Shown: in pieces, positions 1 to 7,793 of the stretch
Position numbering within the stretch: the stretch's first letter is position 1
Layout of the letters: each line of letters starts with the position of its first letter
Source of the DNA: Magnetococcales bacterium
Lineage (GTDB): Bacteria > Pseudomonadota > Magnetococcia > Magnetococcales > UBA8363
Direction: 5' to 3'
Assembly: GCA_015228815.1 (NCBI GenBank)
Contig: JADGCV010000010.1
Span: forward strand, 46,218-110,217
Length of the DNA: 64,000 bases
Position numbers and translations under genes: made by a program
The notes under the pieces: model-generated
The model's database searches: none
What the model was told of the DNA's origin: nothing
The model's input: the letters and a program-made list of their open reading frames with translations, nothing else

Positions 1-499
1 GGTCCGCACCCGGGATCAGGTGCATCACCGCTGGGGTCAGCGAGTCTTCCCTGTCCAGGAGCAGTCGCAGTTCCGCGCCCCCTGTATGTGTGTCCCACTC
101 AAGATACACATACACCCCATGGAGATCCTTTCCAAGGGTGGGATGGTCAGGGATTTCGATGTACATGCACCATTCGGGTAGCCTGTAGAGCAGGTCTACA
201 GGGAGATTGCCGGTCGGTGTGGACATGAGCGCACCCATGACCTCGGGGTCGATCTGGTAGATCCCCTGAGTCAATCTCCATGCACCAAGCCCGACTATGA
301 TTGAGCCGTACCCCTCGGCCTCGGGGATCGTCGGAAGATATTCCGTTGCCACGGCGACCCCTGCAGCAATGGGGACATAACACCATAAAGGCCACTCTGG
401 GAGTCCATTCCCTCGGCCAAAAAAGATTTTTTCCAGACCCCTCCAAGCATTGGGAAAGAGCTGAGATACCTCGGATAGGTGCCTCTGTTGTCTTGTCAT
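1..499 (-). CDS. hypothetical protein; start inside window, 3' end beyond the left edge
   Basis: Hand translation of the minus strand from ATG 499-497 stays open to position 1 (MTRQQRHLSEVSQLFPNAWRGLEKIFFGRGNGLPEWPLWCYVPIAAG...VYVYLEWDTHTGGAELRLLLDRED...). It is missing from the ORF track because it is edge-truncated. ATGA overlap with the stop of the upstream gene at 496-499. Confidence 0.5.
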   Translation of the reverse strand, partial: MTRQQRHLSEVSQLFPNAWRGLEKIFFGRGNGLPEWPLWCYVPIAAGVAVATEYLPTIPEAEGYGSIIVGLGAWRLTQGIYQIDPEVMGALMSTPTGNLPVDLLYRLPEWCMYIEIPDHPTLGKDLHGVYVYLEWDTHTGGAELRLLLDREDSLTPAVMHLIPGAD

Positions 500-933
500 T
501 TTGCGCCGCCTTTTCTGGGGCGGCCCCTTCCGGAGGGGGGGAGGGGTGGTGATTGATCGAGAGACATCACCAAGAGCCTGTATTTCGGCTCCGGGATCGG
601 GGTGTGCCGCTGAGACCACGGGTCTCCTGTCCACGCATCAACCGCCGATAAACTTGATCCGGTCAAGTTTGCGATATCTTTATTCCTCAAACCAAATTTC
701 TCGATAAGACAGAGGAACTCCACCTGCCTCCCGGGAGGGTCATACATGATCATTTCGCCTCTCCCTCCAAGGAGGTTCATTATCTTGCCGGGGATGTCGG
801 TGTGGATCACCACTCCCTCTTGCAATGATGCAAGATCAATCACGTCACTTTTGTGCCGTGCTTTTATCTGCCCGGATCTCCTGTCGATCCGGTATGATGT
901 GACTGTCCCGTCAGGGGCTGTTACGGTTATCAT
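496..933 (-). CDS. hypothetical protein with HTH-like C-terminal segment
   Basis: Internal ATG (M72 of track ORF 496..1146) overlaps the stop of the upstream ORF (ATGA 930-933). HTH-like 'FGLRNKDIANLTGSSLSAVDAW'. The first 71 codons of the track ORF are R/P-rich and look non-coding. Confidence 0.5.
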   Translation of the reverse strand: MITVTAPDGTVTSYRIDRRSGQIKARHKSDVIDLASLQEGVVIHTDIPGKIMNLLGGRGEMIMYDPPGRQVEFLCLIEKFGLRNKDIANLTGSSLSAVDAWTGDPWSQRHTPIPEPKYRLLVMSLDQSPPLPPSGRGRPRKGGAK

Positions 934-1727
934 GACAATAGTCCGGTCACGTTCCGGATCATTACTTCCACCCGACTTTGGAGGGTGGATGCCCGTTCTG
1001 TCCACTCCCGGAGTTTTTTGCCGGGGAGGGTCAAATAGATCGCGATGTACCCGTATTCTGGGTCCTCTTGATTCCATTGGTACACAACTCGCCCTCCCTG
1101 GGGGCGGGCGATGCCTATAATCCCGGTCCCATCGCGACGGGTGCACTCCAAGTACCTTTCTTCAAGGTTTCGGTGCCAATCATCTTTTCCCCAAGGCATG
1201 GTGTCGGACAACTCCAATTCACATCTATCAAACCTGCGTGGGTATTCACACACGTAATAATCGTTATTGGCAGCTTCGCCTCCATCGGATGTAAGATAGT
1301 ACACCTCACCCCCTTGGGGGGTAAGCCACGTCTCCATGGCGGTCCATTCTCCCCACCCCCGCGTCTCCTCCCGGAGTTTGAGGGTCTGCCCCATCATATC
1401 TGGAGTCCACAAAAGGTCCCAGGTTGGGACACCATAATGGTTGTCATCCATCTCTAAATGGAAGTAGATGATCCCGTTCCGGAAATCAACTGCCATTCTC
1501 TTCATGTTCTTTCTCCTCCCTTCCTCGTCGGTGAGTTTCCATGCCAGCCCCTGCCGGATTTTGGACCTTCCCTTAACGTAGGGGGTCTCCTCCATCCTTA
1601 TGGTGAGAGTCCCCCCGCAGAGGGTGTCCCCGTTCTCGAGGGGGGACGATAACATCACCTCAAGTTCCCTCACCGCCCCAAAGGTTCCCACTAAGTGAAG
1701 TTGCAAACCATGGTTGGTCCAGACCAT
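930..1727 (-). CDS. hypothetical protein (start uncertain)
   Basis: Protein-like sequence from MVWTNHG... onward. An alternative start is ATG 1505, preceded by GGAGGAG. The 5' part of the 360-aa track ORF overlaps ORF 1747..2028 and was discarded. Confidence 0.45.
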   Translation of the reverse strand: MVWTNHGLQLHLVGTFGAVRELEVMLSSPLENGDTLCGGTLTIRMEETPYVKGRSKIRQGLAWKLTDEEGRRKNMKRMAVDFRNGIIYFHLEMDDNHYGVPTWDLLWTPDMMGQTLKLREETRGWGEWTAMETWLTPQGGEVYYLTSDGGEAANNDYYVCEYPRRFDRCELELSDTMPWGKDDWHRNLEERYLECTRRDGTGIIGIARPQGGRVVYQWNQEDPEYGYIAIYLTLPGKKLREWTERASTLQSRVEVMIRNVTGLLS

Positions 1728-1746
1728 GGTTTGCAACCAATGAGTG

Positions 1747-2028
1747 CTATTCTGGCAAGCGGTATGGCACCAACCTGGAGTCGTTGATGGTATACTCGAC
1801 GCCATCATTGTCGATGATGACGTGACTGTTCTGGTTTTTCCGGCTCGCCGCGATTGCGGCGACAGCAGTCCTGTGAGTCGTGTAGCCTTTGCCGCCGTAA
1901 TACGAGGCTTCAACGACTGCATACTTGCACCCTGAGGCGAAAACGATTTCGCGGTCGAACATATCACTTGCGATATCGTGGATACTGCCAGTCCCGGACA
2001 TTTTCTGCTCAATGACGTAAACGGACAT
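1747..2028 (-). CDS. hypothetical protein (93 aa)
   Basis: ORF with balanced composition at the head of a minus-strand gene string. No motif recognised. Confidence 0.45.
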   Translation of the reverse strand: MSVYVIEQKMSGTGSIHDIASDMFDREIVFASGCKYAVVEASYYGGKGYTTHRTAVAAIAASRKNQNSHVIIDNDGVEYTINDSRLVPYRLPE

Positions 2029-2094
2029 TTTCTTTCTCCAGCCCCTGGATCCCCGAGGCGCGGGTGGAGCAGTGTGCTCCTGATGTCTCTATAT

Positions 2095-2115
2095 ATACAG
2101 CATCCGATGCTGTAT
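2095..2115. promoter_or_regulatory. 21-bp perfect palindrome, candidate operator
   Basis: ATACAGCATC-C-GATGCTGTAT read directly. It lies in the divergent intergenic region between ORF 1747..2028 (-) and the plus-strand early genes. Confidence 0.3.
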
Positions 2116-2247
2116 CAGCAAGCAAGAAAATGCAATGAAGCAACCAAAACCGGCCATAACGCGGCCCATCCGTGGCCGAATCGTCGCCGGTCAAAGACGA
2201 TTATAATCAATGTTGATAACAATTCAAATGTAATTCATATCCGAATC

Positions 2248-2352
2248 GTCCCTGTCGGTCCCTGATTGTCCCGAATCGTCCCGCTCCGTACCTGATCGTC
2301 CCTGTCGGTCCCTGTCGATACTTTGTAGTCCCTATCGGTCCCTGTCCGTCCC
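2248..2352. repeat. helically phased GTCCC array (9 exact copies plus 1 GTACC variant, 10-bp register)
   Basis: GTCCC starts at 2248, 2258, 2268, 2278, 2298, 2308, 2328, 2338 and 2348; GTACC starts at 2288. The register is visible because successive 10-nt blocks of the listing end in 'gtc'. Confidence 0.85.
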
Positions 2353-2419
2353 GCATCATTTTGAAAATGTTGTGTTTATCCGATGAAGGCGATTATCATT
2401 GCCATCCATGGAGGAACAC

Positions 2420-2674
2420 ATGGCACTTGAATCCGATTCGAACGTGGTCTTCATCGATCAACATTCCCTGGCCAACCGCTGGGGAATGGCCACAAAAACA
2501 CTCCGAAACTGGAGGTATATGAAATATGGACCTGGATTTATCAAGATCGGGAAGAAGGTCCTTTACAGCATGAATGATGTGGTTGCCTTCGAGCGGATGA
2601 ACCGCACCGGGACAAGTCATGAACTCCATTCTGGAATAGACTTGATAAAACATGCGGATTTGAGCCATGAATGA
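2420..2674 (+). CDS. excisionase/AlpA-type (MerR-superfamily) HTH DNA-binding protein
   Basis: 'LANRWGMATKTLRNWRYMKYGPGFIKIGKKVLYSMNDVVAFE' matches the helix-turn-helix plus wing pattern of excisionase-family proteins. ATG 2420 follows GGAGGA (2410-2415). Confidence 0.7.
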   Translation: MALESDSNVVFIDQHSLANRWGMATKTLRNWRYMKYGPGFIKIGKKVLYSMNDVVAFERMNRTGTSHELHSGIDLIKHADLSHE

Positions 2675-2772
2675 CAAAGCGAAGAAAACGAAGAAAAACG
2701 TTGACGAAAGCTGTCAGGCTGAGGTAATTCTGGGCACGGAGATTAGACACCTCCACAACCAACGGCGGTCAT

Positions 2773-2801
2773 CCGCCCCCGTCAGTCCTGGCGGTATTTT
2801 T
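2773..2801 (+). terminator. weak intrinsic-terminator-like hairpin
   Basis: CCGCC (2773-2777) pairs with GGCGG (2790-2794), followed by TATTTTT. The stem is only 5 bp. Confidence 0.3.
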
Positions 2802-2963
2802 GCGCCTTGCGTCCGTCAGGACTCCGGGGGCAACCGGCATGTCCAAGCCGAAAGGCTAAAACCGGTTGGCCCAACCGTTGGTGGGGTGTCTAACCCCCGG
2901 AGTCTCGGCGTCCTAGACACACGTCCGTGCTCCGGCGATTCCATCGCGACCAACGGAGTACCG

Positions 2964-3374
2964 ATGATGACCCCAGTCCAACACCCGGATTGCGTCCGGG
3001 ACATGCCCTCGTTTTCCTCCCCATCCCCGATTCTCGTCAGTGACGCCCTGCAAACCCTGCGCGATGCCGCCAGGGAGGGACGGATCGACCCGGACTTTTG
3101 TCAAAGTATCGGGGTCGAGTTTCTGGCATTCGCAAACCCCCGCTTCAGTCCCAGCCTTGTTACCGCCGCGCCTGATTTGTTGCTGGCCTTGGATAACTTG
3201 ATGGACCGGTTGTCTACCATGTACCAAGCCATCGATACCGCCATCGGGTGGTCCGTCAAGAATTTCTTCAATGCTTGGTTACTTGGCAGAGAAGATACAT
3301 TATTTTCCGATGCCATGAATGCAATCAACAAAGCGAAAAGTGAAGAGCCTCTTGTCCATGGAGGCCGCCAATGA
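2964..3374 (+). CDS. hypothetical protein
   Basis: ATG 2964 follows GGAG (2955-2958). The C-terminal 136 aa of track ORF 2667..3374 look protein-like, whereas the first 99 codons are R/S/G/P-rich and contain the hairpins above. Confidence 0.45.
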   Translation: MMTPVQHPDCVRDMPSFSSPSPILVSDALQTLRDAAREGRIDPDFCQSIGVEFLAFANPRFSPSLVTAAPDLLLALDNLMDRLSTMYQAIDTAIGWSVKNFFNAWLLGREDTLFSDAMNAINKAKSEEPLVHGGRQ

Positions 3375-3411
3375 AATCAGAAGCAGCCATTTGTGATTCA
3401 CGGAGGTGGCC

Positions 3412-4425
3412 ATGAGCATCGCCTTTGCCATCATCCATCCGGAGGCCATTGCGCCACCGGGAATGCCCCCTTACGTACATAAAGTGTTGCTTGCCCTGTA
3501 TTCGTTCGCCGGTGGGGCGGCCAAACCCTATTGCTGGCCCTCTGTGGCCACCCTGGCCGAGAAGGCGCGCGTCAGCCTCCGGCGGGTGCCCATGGCCATA
3601 CGGAACCTCGTTGAAACCGGGTGGATTACCGACATCGAGCAGGGTGGTGGCCGCAGGTCCAACGTCTACCATTTACGCTTTGAAGGTCAAGTTATCCACA
3701 CCCCTGACCAAGTGGTCAGGGCACCCCTGACCGGACGGTCAGGGCACCCCCGACCGGATGGTCAGGGGAACATACCAATGAACAAACCAATGGAACCAAC
3801 CACCACCAGCCGGATCGCGGAGCCATGCGTCGGCCCTGTGCTTCGGAACGAAAACATCGGTGGTGGTGGTTTTTCTTCTTCTTCGGAAAAAGCGGTCACG
3901 GTTTCTTTTGCGCCGCCAACCGCTGTGGAAGCCCTGCCCCTGCCGGACAAACTTTCACTTCCGCAGCAGAAGGCCATCAGGAAGCAACTTTCCAAGATTG
4001 ACGCAGAAAAGGCCGCCGAGGTAATCGAGGAATTGTCTGCCGGCCTTGAGGACAAGAAGAACCCGGTGCTGAGCGCCGTTGGCTACACGGTCACGCTCGT
4101 TTCCAACGCCCTGGAGGGACTCCCCGTTCTTGGCCGTGCTTTGAAAGCCAGGGCGGAAGAGGAAAAGAGACGTCGCCGGGAAGAAGCCGAACGGCAGATG
4201 CGCGAACAGGAAAAGGCCGAGATCGAGGCCGAGGCGGCCCGGTCGCGGGAAACCGACGACATGGTCCGGTCCATTCCTCCTGAAGAACTGGCGGAAAAGC
4301 GCAAGGAGTTCATCGCCAGATTGCGCGTCACCAACCGTTTGATTCATGACCTGCATGCCGCCACCGGGTTCAGCAGTCACGGGCATGAAATATTGTTCAG
4401 GGAATGGCTCCGAGCGAATTCGTGA
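3412..4425 (+). CDS. winged-HTH replication-initiator-like protein with coiled-coil C-terminus
   Basis: N-terminal 'YVHKVLLALYSFAGGAAKPYCWPSVATLAEKARVSLRRVPMAIRNLVETGWI' is a typical wHTH of phage/plasmid replication or DnaD-like proteins. E/R/K-rich coiled coil near the C-terminus. ATG 3412 follows GGAGG. Confidence 0.6.
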   Translation: MSIAFAIIHPEAIAPPGMPPYVHKVLLALYSFAGGAAKPYCWPSVATLAEKARVSLRRVPMAIRNLVETGWITDIEQGGGRRSNVYHLRFEGQVIHTPDQVVRAPLTGRSGHPRPDGQGNIPMNKPMEPTTTSRIAEPCVGPVLRNENIGGGGFSSSSEKAVTVSFAPPTAVEALPLPDKLSLPQQKAIRKQLSKIDAEKAAEVIEELSAGLEDKKNPVLSAVGYTVTLVSNALEGLPVLGRALKARAEEEKRRRREEAERQMREQEKAEIEAEAARSRETDDMVRSIPPEELAEKRKEFIARLRVTNRLIHDLHAATGFSSHGHEILFREWLRANS

Positions 4426-4456
4426 AACGTCACATTTTGAGCCGTGAAACGTCACA
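4421..4456. repeat. two direct copies of CGTGAAACGTCACA, 22 bp apart
   Basis: Copies at 4421-4434 (overlapping the stop codon of the initiator-like gene) and 4443-4456, followed by an AT-rich stretch to about 4560. Confidence 0.75.
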
Positions 4457-4577
4457 AAACACCGGAAAATGATCCGAATGATGCATGAAATGTATAGAAA
4501 TCGGCAAAAATGAAACAAGAGAAATCCATATTTCGATTGATGTGATGTAAATCACAACAAGCAAAAGGAAGCACGAC

Positions 4578-4835
4578 ATGACATATTCCCCCGCCCCGTG
4601 GACCAAAAGACCGGATCCGTCTGGATTGGATGAAGAAATCATAGACGAGAACGGAGCCGTCATCGTCGAGGGGACAACCATCAACTTTCTTGCGGATGAA
4701 CTGTTGATTCTGGCGGCACCGGATCTTCTGGCCGCCTGCCAAAAGATGATTGAGGCTTGGGATTGCCGCTGCCCGGAAGCAGGCATTGTGGCGATCCAGC
4801 AAGCCGTTTCCAAGGCGAAAGGAGGTGCGGCATGA
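4578..4835 (+). CDS. hypothetical small phage protein
   Basis: 85-aa ORF with balanced composition. AAGGA lies upstream of ATG 4578. Confidence 0.5.
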   Translation: MTYSPAPWTKRPDPSGLDEEIIDENGAVIVEGTTINFLADELLILAAPDLLAACQKMIEAWDCRCPEAGIVAIQQAVSKAKGGAA

Positions 4836-4841
4836 AAGCCG

Positions 4842-5063
4842 TCATGTCTTCCATTTTTTCCATTCGGCCAGGGATTCAGGTGCTTCCAGGCGTGACCAAT
4901 CCCACCAGCCGAAACTCGACGTATGCCGATAGACCGCTTCAGCGGCCTGTTCCGGCGAGTCGTAGGTGTCGAGTTTTTCCCGGTCGATTGAAAGCTCGTA
5001 CTTTCCTGTTTTCGATGATCGGCGAATCCAAAAGAGTCCCCTGCGGGTCCGCAGCGTCCACAT
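4842..5063 (-). CDS. hypothetical protein (73 aa)
   Basis: Protein-like sequence (MWTLRTRRGLFWIRRSSKTGKYELSIDREKLDTYDSPEQAAEAVY...). The overlapping plus-strand ORF 4757..5128 is R/P-rich and was rejected. Confidence 0.45.
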   Translation of the reverse strand: MWTLRTRRGLFWIRRSSKTGKYELSIDREKLDTYDSPEQAAEAVYRHTSSFGWWDWSRLEAPESLAEWKKWKT

Positions 5064-5283
5064 CCCCCTATCTCCCCTGTCATCAGCCTCGCGCCCGTTC
5101 TGGTGGCGTGAGGACCGATTTCCCGTGACGGAAAAACACTGAAGACATTACTCATTAAAAGGCAGACAAGGCAATAGTATTTATAATTACGTAAATACAA
5201 TGGTATTTTGTTTGCATAATTAACATCTTTTAATGTTTTTTAACACCTTTAACCGCCATGAACATCACTGGAGATAAAGAAAG

Positions 5284-5448
5284 ATGAACACCTTGAGGAG
5301 ACCCGTTACCGCCAGACGCGCCGCCATTGATGTCGATGCGGCTCGGTATCGCACCGGCTTTGCGGATTATTTCTTTTGGCGCTTTTTGAGAACGACGCCG
5401 CTGACACGGTGGTGGCCGCCGAGCGCGAGAGAGAAGAGAGGATCATGA
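5284..5448 (+). CDS. hypothetical small protein (54 aa)
   Basis: Hand-found ORF below the track size cut-off. GGAG lies upstream, and the stop TGA abuts ATG 5449 of the next gene. Confidence 0.3.
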   Translation: MNTLRRPVTARRAAIDVDAARYRTGFADYFFWRFLRTTPLTRWWPPSAREKRGS

Positions 5449-6129
5449 ATGAATACGCCATCCTCTAAAGCCAGGCCCATTATTTTTTCAACCTCGATGG
5501 TTCGAGCAATTCTAAACGGGAAGAAGACCCAAACGCGGAGGGTAGTAACACCACAACCTATTCCACCGATCATGCCAATACCGTCATATCGTCGATCAAG
5601 GAAGAATACACTGGAGATGGATGTCGCATTCGGTCCCAATAATCGCCACAAGGACGGCAGGGTACGATATTGGCAATCCCCTTACGGAATGGAGGGGGAC
5701 CATTTATGGGTACGTGAAACCTGGGGAAAGTGCCCTACGACAGGAAATATAAAATATCGGGCAGATGGTGAAATCCCAGGAATAAAATGGTCACCATCCA
5801 TTTTCATGCCGATAAAGGTGGCTCGAATCAACCTGGAAATTATTCGTGTTGACATCGAACAGATACAAAATATTAGTGAGGAAGATGCCATTGCCGAGGG
5901 ACTCTTCCAAGAAAGTATCTGTATGGATATCCAATGCAATGGTGGCTCCACGATTGAAGTACTTGAGGATCGTTATTTTTGGAAACCGTTTTCTCCTGAC
6001 AATCCAGGCTATGACTCGGCAATCGATGCATATCAAGATTTGTGGGATTCCATCAACTCAGGACGCGGATATGGATGGGATACCAATCCATGGGTATGGG
6101 TTGTTGAGTTCAGAAAAGTGGAAATATAA
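5449..6129 (+). CDS. ASCH-like phage protein
   Basis: N-terminus 'PIIFSTSMVRAILNGKKTQTRRV' is the pattern I associate with ASCH-domain phage proteins. Confidence 0.55.
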   Translation: MNTPSSKARPIIFSTSMVRAILNGKKTQTRRVVTPQPIPPIMPIPSYRRSRKNTLEMDVAFGPNNRHKDGRVRYWQSPYGMEGDHLWVRETWGKCPTTGNIKYRADGEIPGIKWSPSIFMPIKVARINLEIIRVDIEQIQNISEEDAIAEGLFQESICMDIQCNGGSTIEVLEDRYFWKPFSPDNPGYDSAIDAYQDLWDSINSGRGYGWDTNPWVWVVEFRKVEI

Positions 6130-6162
6130 CGACTGCTACCACAACAACGAGGAGTACAAAAA

Positions 6163-6435
6163 ATGCGAAATATTGAAGTCACTCAAGAAGAACACCAAGA
6201 AGAAGGCATCAATCATGAAGCTTTGTATCAGTACATCAACCGGATTGAACGGTTGGAGGAAGAGAAAGCAGACACGGTTAAGGTCATCAACGATGTTTAT
6301 TCCGAGGCGAAGGGCAATGGATTCGACCCGAAGATCATGAAAGAGATCGTAAAGATCAGGAAGAAGTCCAAAGAAGAGCAAGAAGAGTTTGAAACAATTA
6401 TGGAATTATATATGAAAGCGCTTGGAATGAAGTAA
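6163..6435 (+). CDS. GapR-like DUF2312 (UPF0335) DNA-binding protein, copy 1
   Basis: 'LYQYINRIERLEEEKADTVKVINDVYSEAKGNGFDPKIMKEIVKIRKK' matches the DUF2312 core. GAGGAG lies 8 nt upstream of the ATG. Confidence 0.8.
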   Translation: MRNIEVTQEEHQEEGINHEALYQYINRIERLEEEKADTVKVINDVYSEAKGNGFDPKIMKEIVKIRKKSKEEQEEFETIMELYMKALGMK

Positions 6436-6468
6436 GCCAATGTTATTACAAACAATCGGAGAAACACC

Positions 6469-6615
6469 ATGTACAATCAACGCTTCATCTTGGTTCTTGC
6501 ACTTGTAACCGGCGGCTTCATGCTCTTTTTGATCATGAGGAAGAAACTGGAAGATCGGAAGAAACGTTTCCGGAATTGGGAAGAGCAACACAACAGGAAC
6601 AGGCTCGATTTTTAA
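6469..6615 (+). CDS. small membrane protein (48 aa)
   Basis: Hand-found ORF MYNQRFILVLALVTGGFMLFLIMRKKLEDRKKRFRNWEEQHNRNRLDF: one hydrophobic helix followed by a basic tail. GGAGA lies upstream. Confidence 0.4.
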   Translation: MYNQRFILVLALVTGGFMLFLIMRKKLEDRKKRFRNWEEQHNRNRLDF

Positions 6616-6631
6616 CCGCCGGAGAACTGCA

Positions 6632-7165
6632 ATGAAGTTATATCGCTGTAACCGGCTGGCGATGACAACGAGCGATGCCGATTGGTGCCGGAAGTACAAA
6701 CAACGGCAACAGCAAGAGGGAACGGAACCGTTCCAGGACGAATGGGGGCACAAAGGGCAATTGGCAGCGACTGCCTGGAACGAAAACGGCCCGGTCACAT
6801 GCGATGGGTGTAATGGGATGGAACCAGTAAAAATGGAGATAAACGTAATGCACAAAGAACAACGCAAGCCCGGCGATAAAGCGGAACAGAAACCGTACCG
6901 GGTTGAGAAGATGACCAACAGTGAGATGTCGGAGAGAGCCGGGAATCAACTGGATGAACCAGTTGAAAAGGAAAAAAACGCAGGGAAAACGGAATCAGTG
7001 GTGATGACGGGAACGGCATACAAACCTTCGCGTTCTTCCATCAAGATTTCGCTATCGGCCTCCGACGCGGATCTGCTCAAAGCCTTGTCCTCCGCTGGCG
7101 AGGCCATGCGCTGGTCGATGGCACGGGTGATCAAAGCGGCGCTACGGGCGCATTTCCTGGGTTGA
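6632..7165 (+). CDS. hypothetical protein
   Basis: ATG 6632 follows GGAG (6621-6624). No motif recognised. Confidence 0.5.
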   Translation: MKLYRCNRLAMTTSDADWCRKYKQRQQQEGTEPFQDEWGHKGQLAATAWNENGPVTCDGCNGMEPVKMEINVMHKEQRKPGDKAEQKPYRVEKMTNSEMSERAGNQLDEPVEKEKNAGKTESVVMTGTAYKPSRSSIKISLSASDADLLKALSSAGEAMRWSMARVIKAALRAHFLG

Positions 7166-7172
7166 AACGTCG

Positions 7173-7502
7173 ATGGAAGATCAGGTTTTTCCGGAAATGG
7201 ACCCGGTATTGATCTCAGATAACTCGGAATATTCTCCGGAGAAGAGTCTGTGGACGAGTGTTCTGTTGCAGGCCGTTAGGGAAGCCGTCAAACCACCGAA
7301 GTACGATGGTCATTCGAGCCTGTTTGAAAGCCAGATGAACATGAAAAGAGCAAGAGAATGGTTTTTTGCATCGGAGAATCATGTTGGTTCATTCGAATGG
7401 ATCTGCATGATTTTGAATCTCGATACTGAACGGGTGCGTCGGACTGTAAAAGAGATGATCGGGAATGGCACTCGAAAAAGAATGAAGCGGTTTACGCGAT
7501 AG
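7173..7502 (+). CDS. hypothetical protein (109 aa)
   Basis: ORF with balanced composition in the plus-strand early gene string. Confidence 0.5.
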   Translation: MEDQVFPEMDPVLISDNSEYSPEKSLWTSVLLQAVREAVKPPKYDGHSSLFESQMNMKRAREWFFASENHVGSFEWICMILNLDTERVRRTVKEMIGNGTRKRMKRFTR

Positions 7503-7514
7503 AGGATGCAGGAG

Positions 7515-7652
7515 ATGAAAAAAGAACATGGATGTAATTTCTGTGATCAGCCCGCTGATGTCCGGGTCATGGATGGGAACAATACCGAATGGATGATATG
7601 CCAGAATTGCATCGAGATTTTCATGATGGTGTTTACCGGAGAAGGTGGCTGA
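7515..7652 (+). CDS. small zinc-ribbon-like protein (45 aa)
   Basis: Hand-found ORF MKKEHGCNFCDQPADVRVMDGNNTEWMICQNCIEIF... with CxxC...CxxC. It conflicts with track ORF 7589..7786 in another frame, so at most part of each can be real. Confidence 0.35.
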   Translation: MKKEHGCNFCDQPADVRVMDGNNTEWMICQNCIEIFMMVFTGEGG

Positions 7653-7793
7653 CGAGAAAGGAAGCGCAGGAGATGGAAAAGAAGGTACGCGCTGCTTGGC
7701 TTGCGATGACCAAGGCGAGAATGGCCTGGGAAGCGGAGTTGGACGAATACAAAAGAATGGCTGAACAAGAGCTATATAAGAGGTGATGCATCA

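Noticed and set aside
147-552. Track ORFs 147..446 (-) and 301..552 (+).
   Set aside because: A different minus-strand frame is open across 1-499 with much better protein character and an ATGA-coupled start. The listed ORFs are R/P/G-rich.
2095-2115. The 21-bp palindrome as a LexA/SOS box.
   Set aside because: It reads ACAG-N9-CTGT, the opposite polarity to CTGT-N8-ACAG, and does not match the alphaproteobacterial GTTC-N7-GTTC box. It is kept only as a generic operator candidate.
2667-2963. The N-terminal 99 codons of track ORF 2667..3374.
   Set aside because: R/S/G/P-rich composition, several stable hairpins including a terminator-like one, and a better SD-ATG at 2964.
7589-7786. 65-aa track ORF between the 7173..7502 gene and the ParB-like gene.
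   Set aside because: Its 5' half overlaps a better CxxC...CxxC mini-ORF (7515..7652) in another frame. Only the 3' part (possible ATG 7673) may be real, and the evidence is insufficient to list it.
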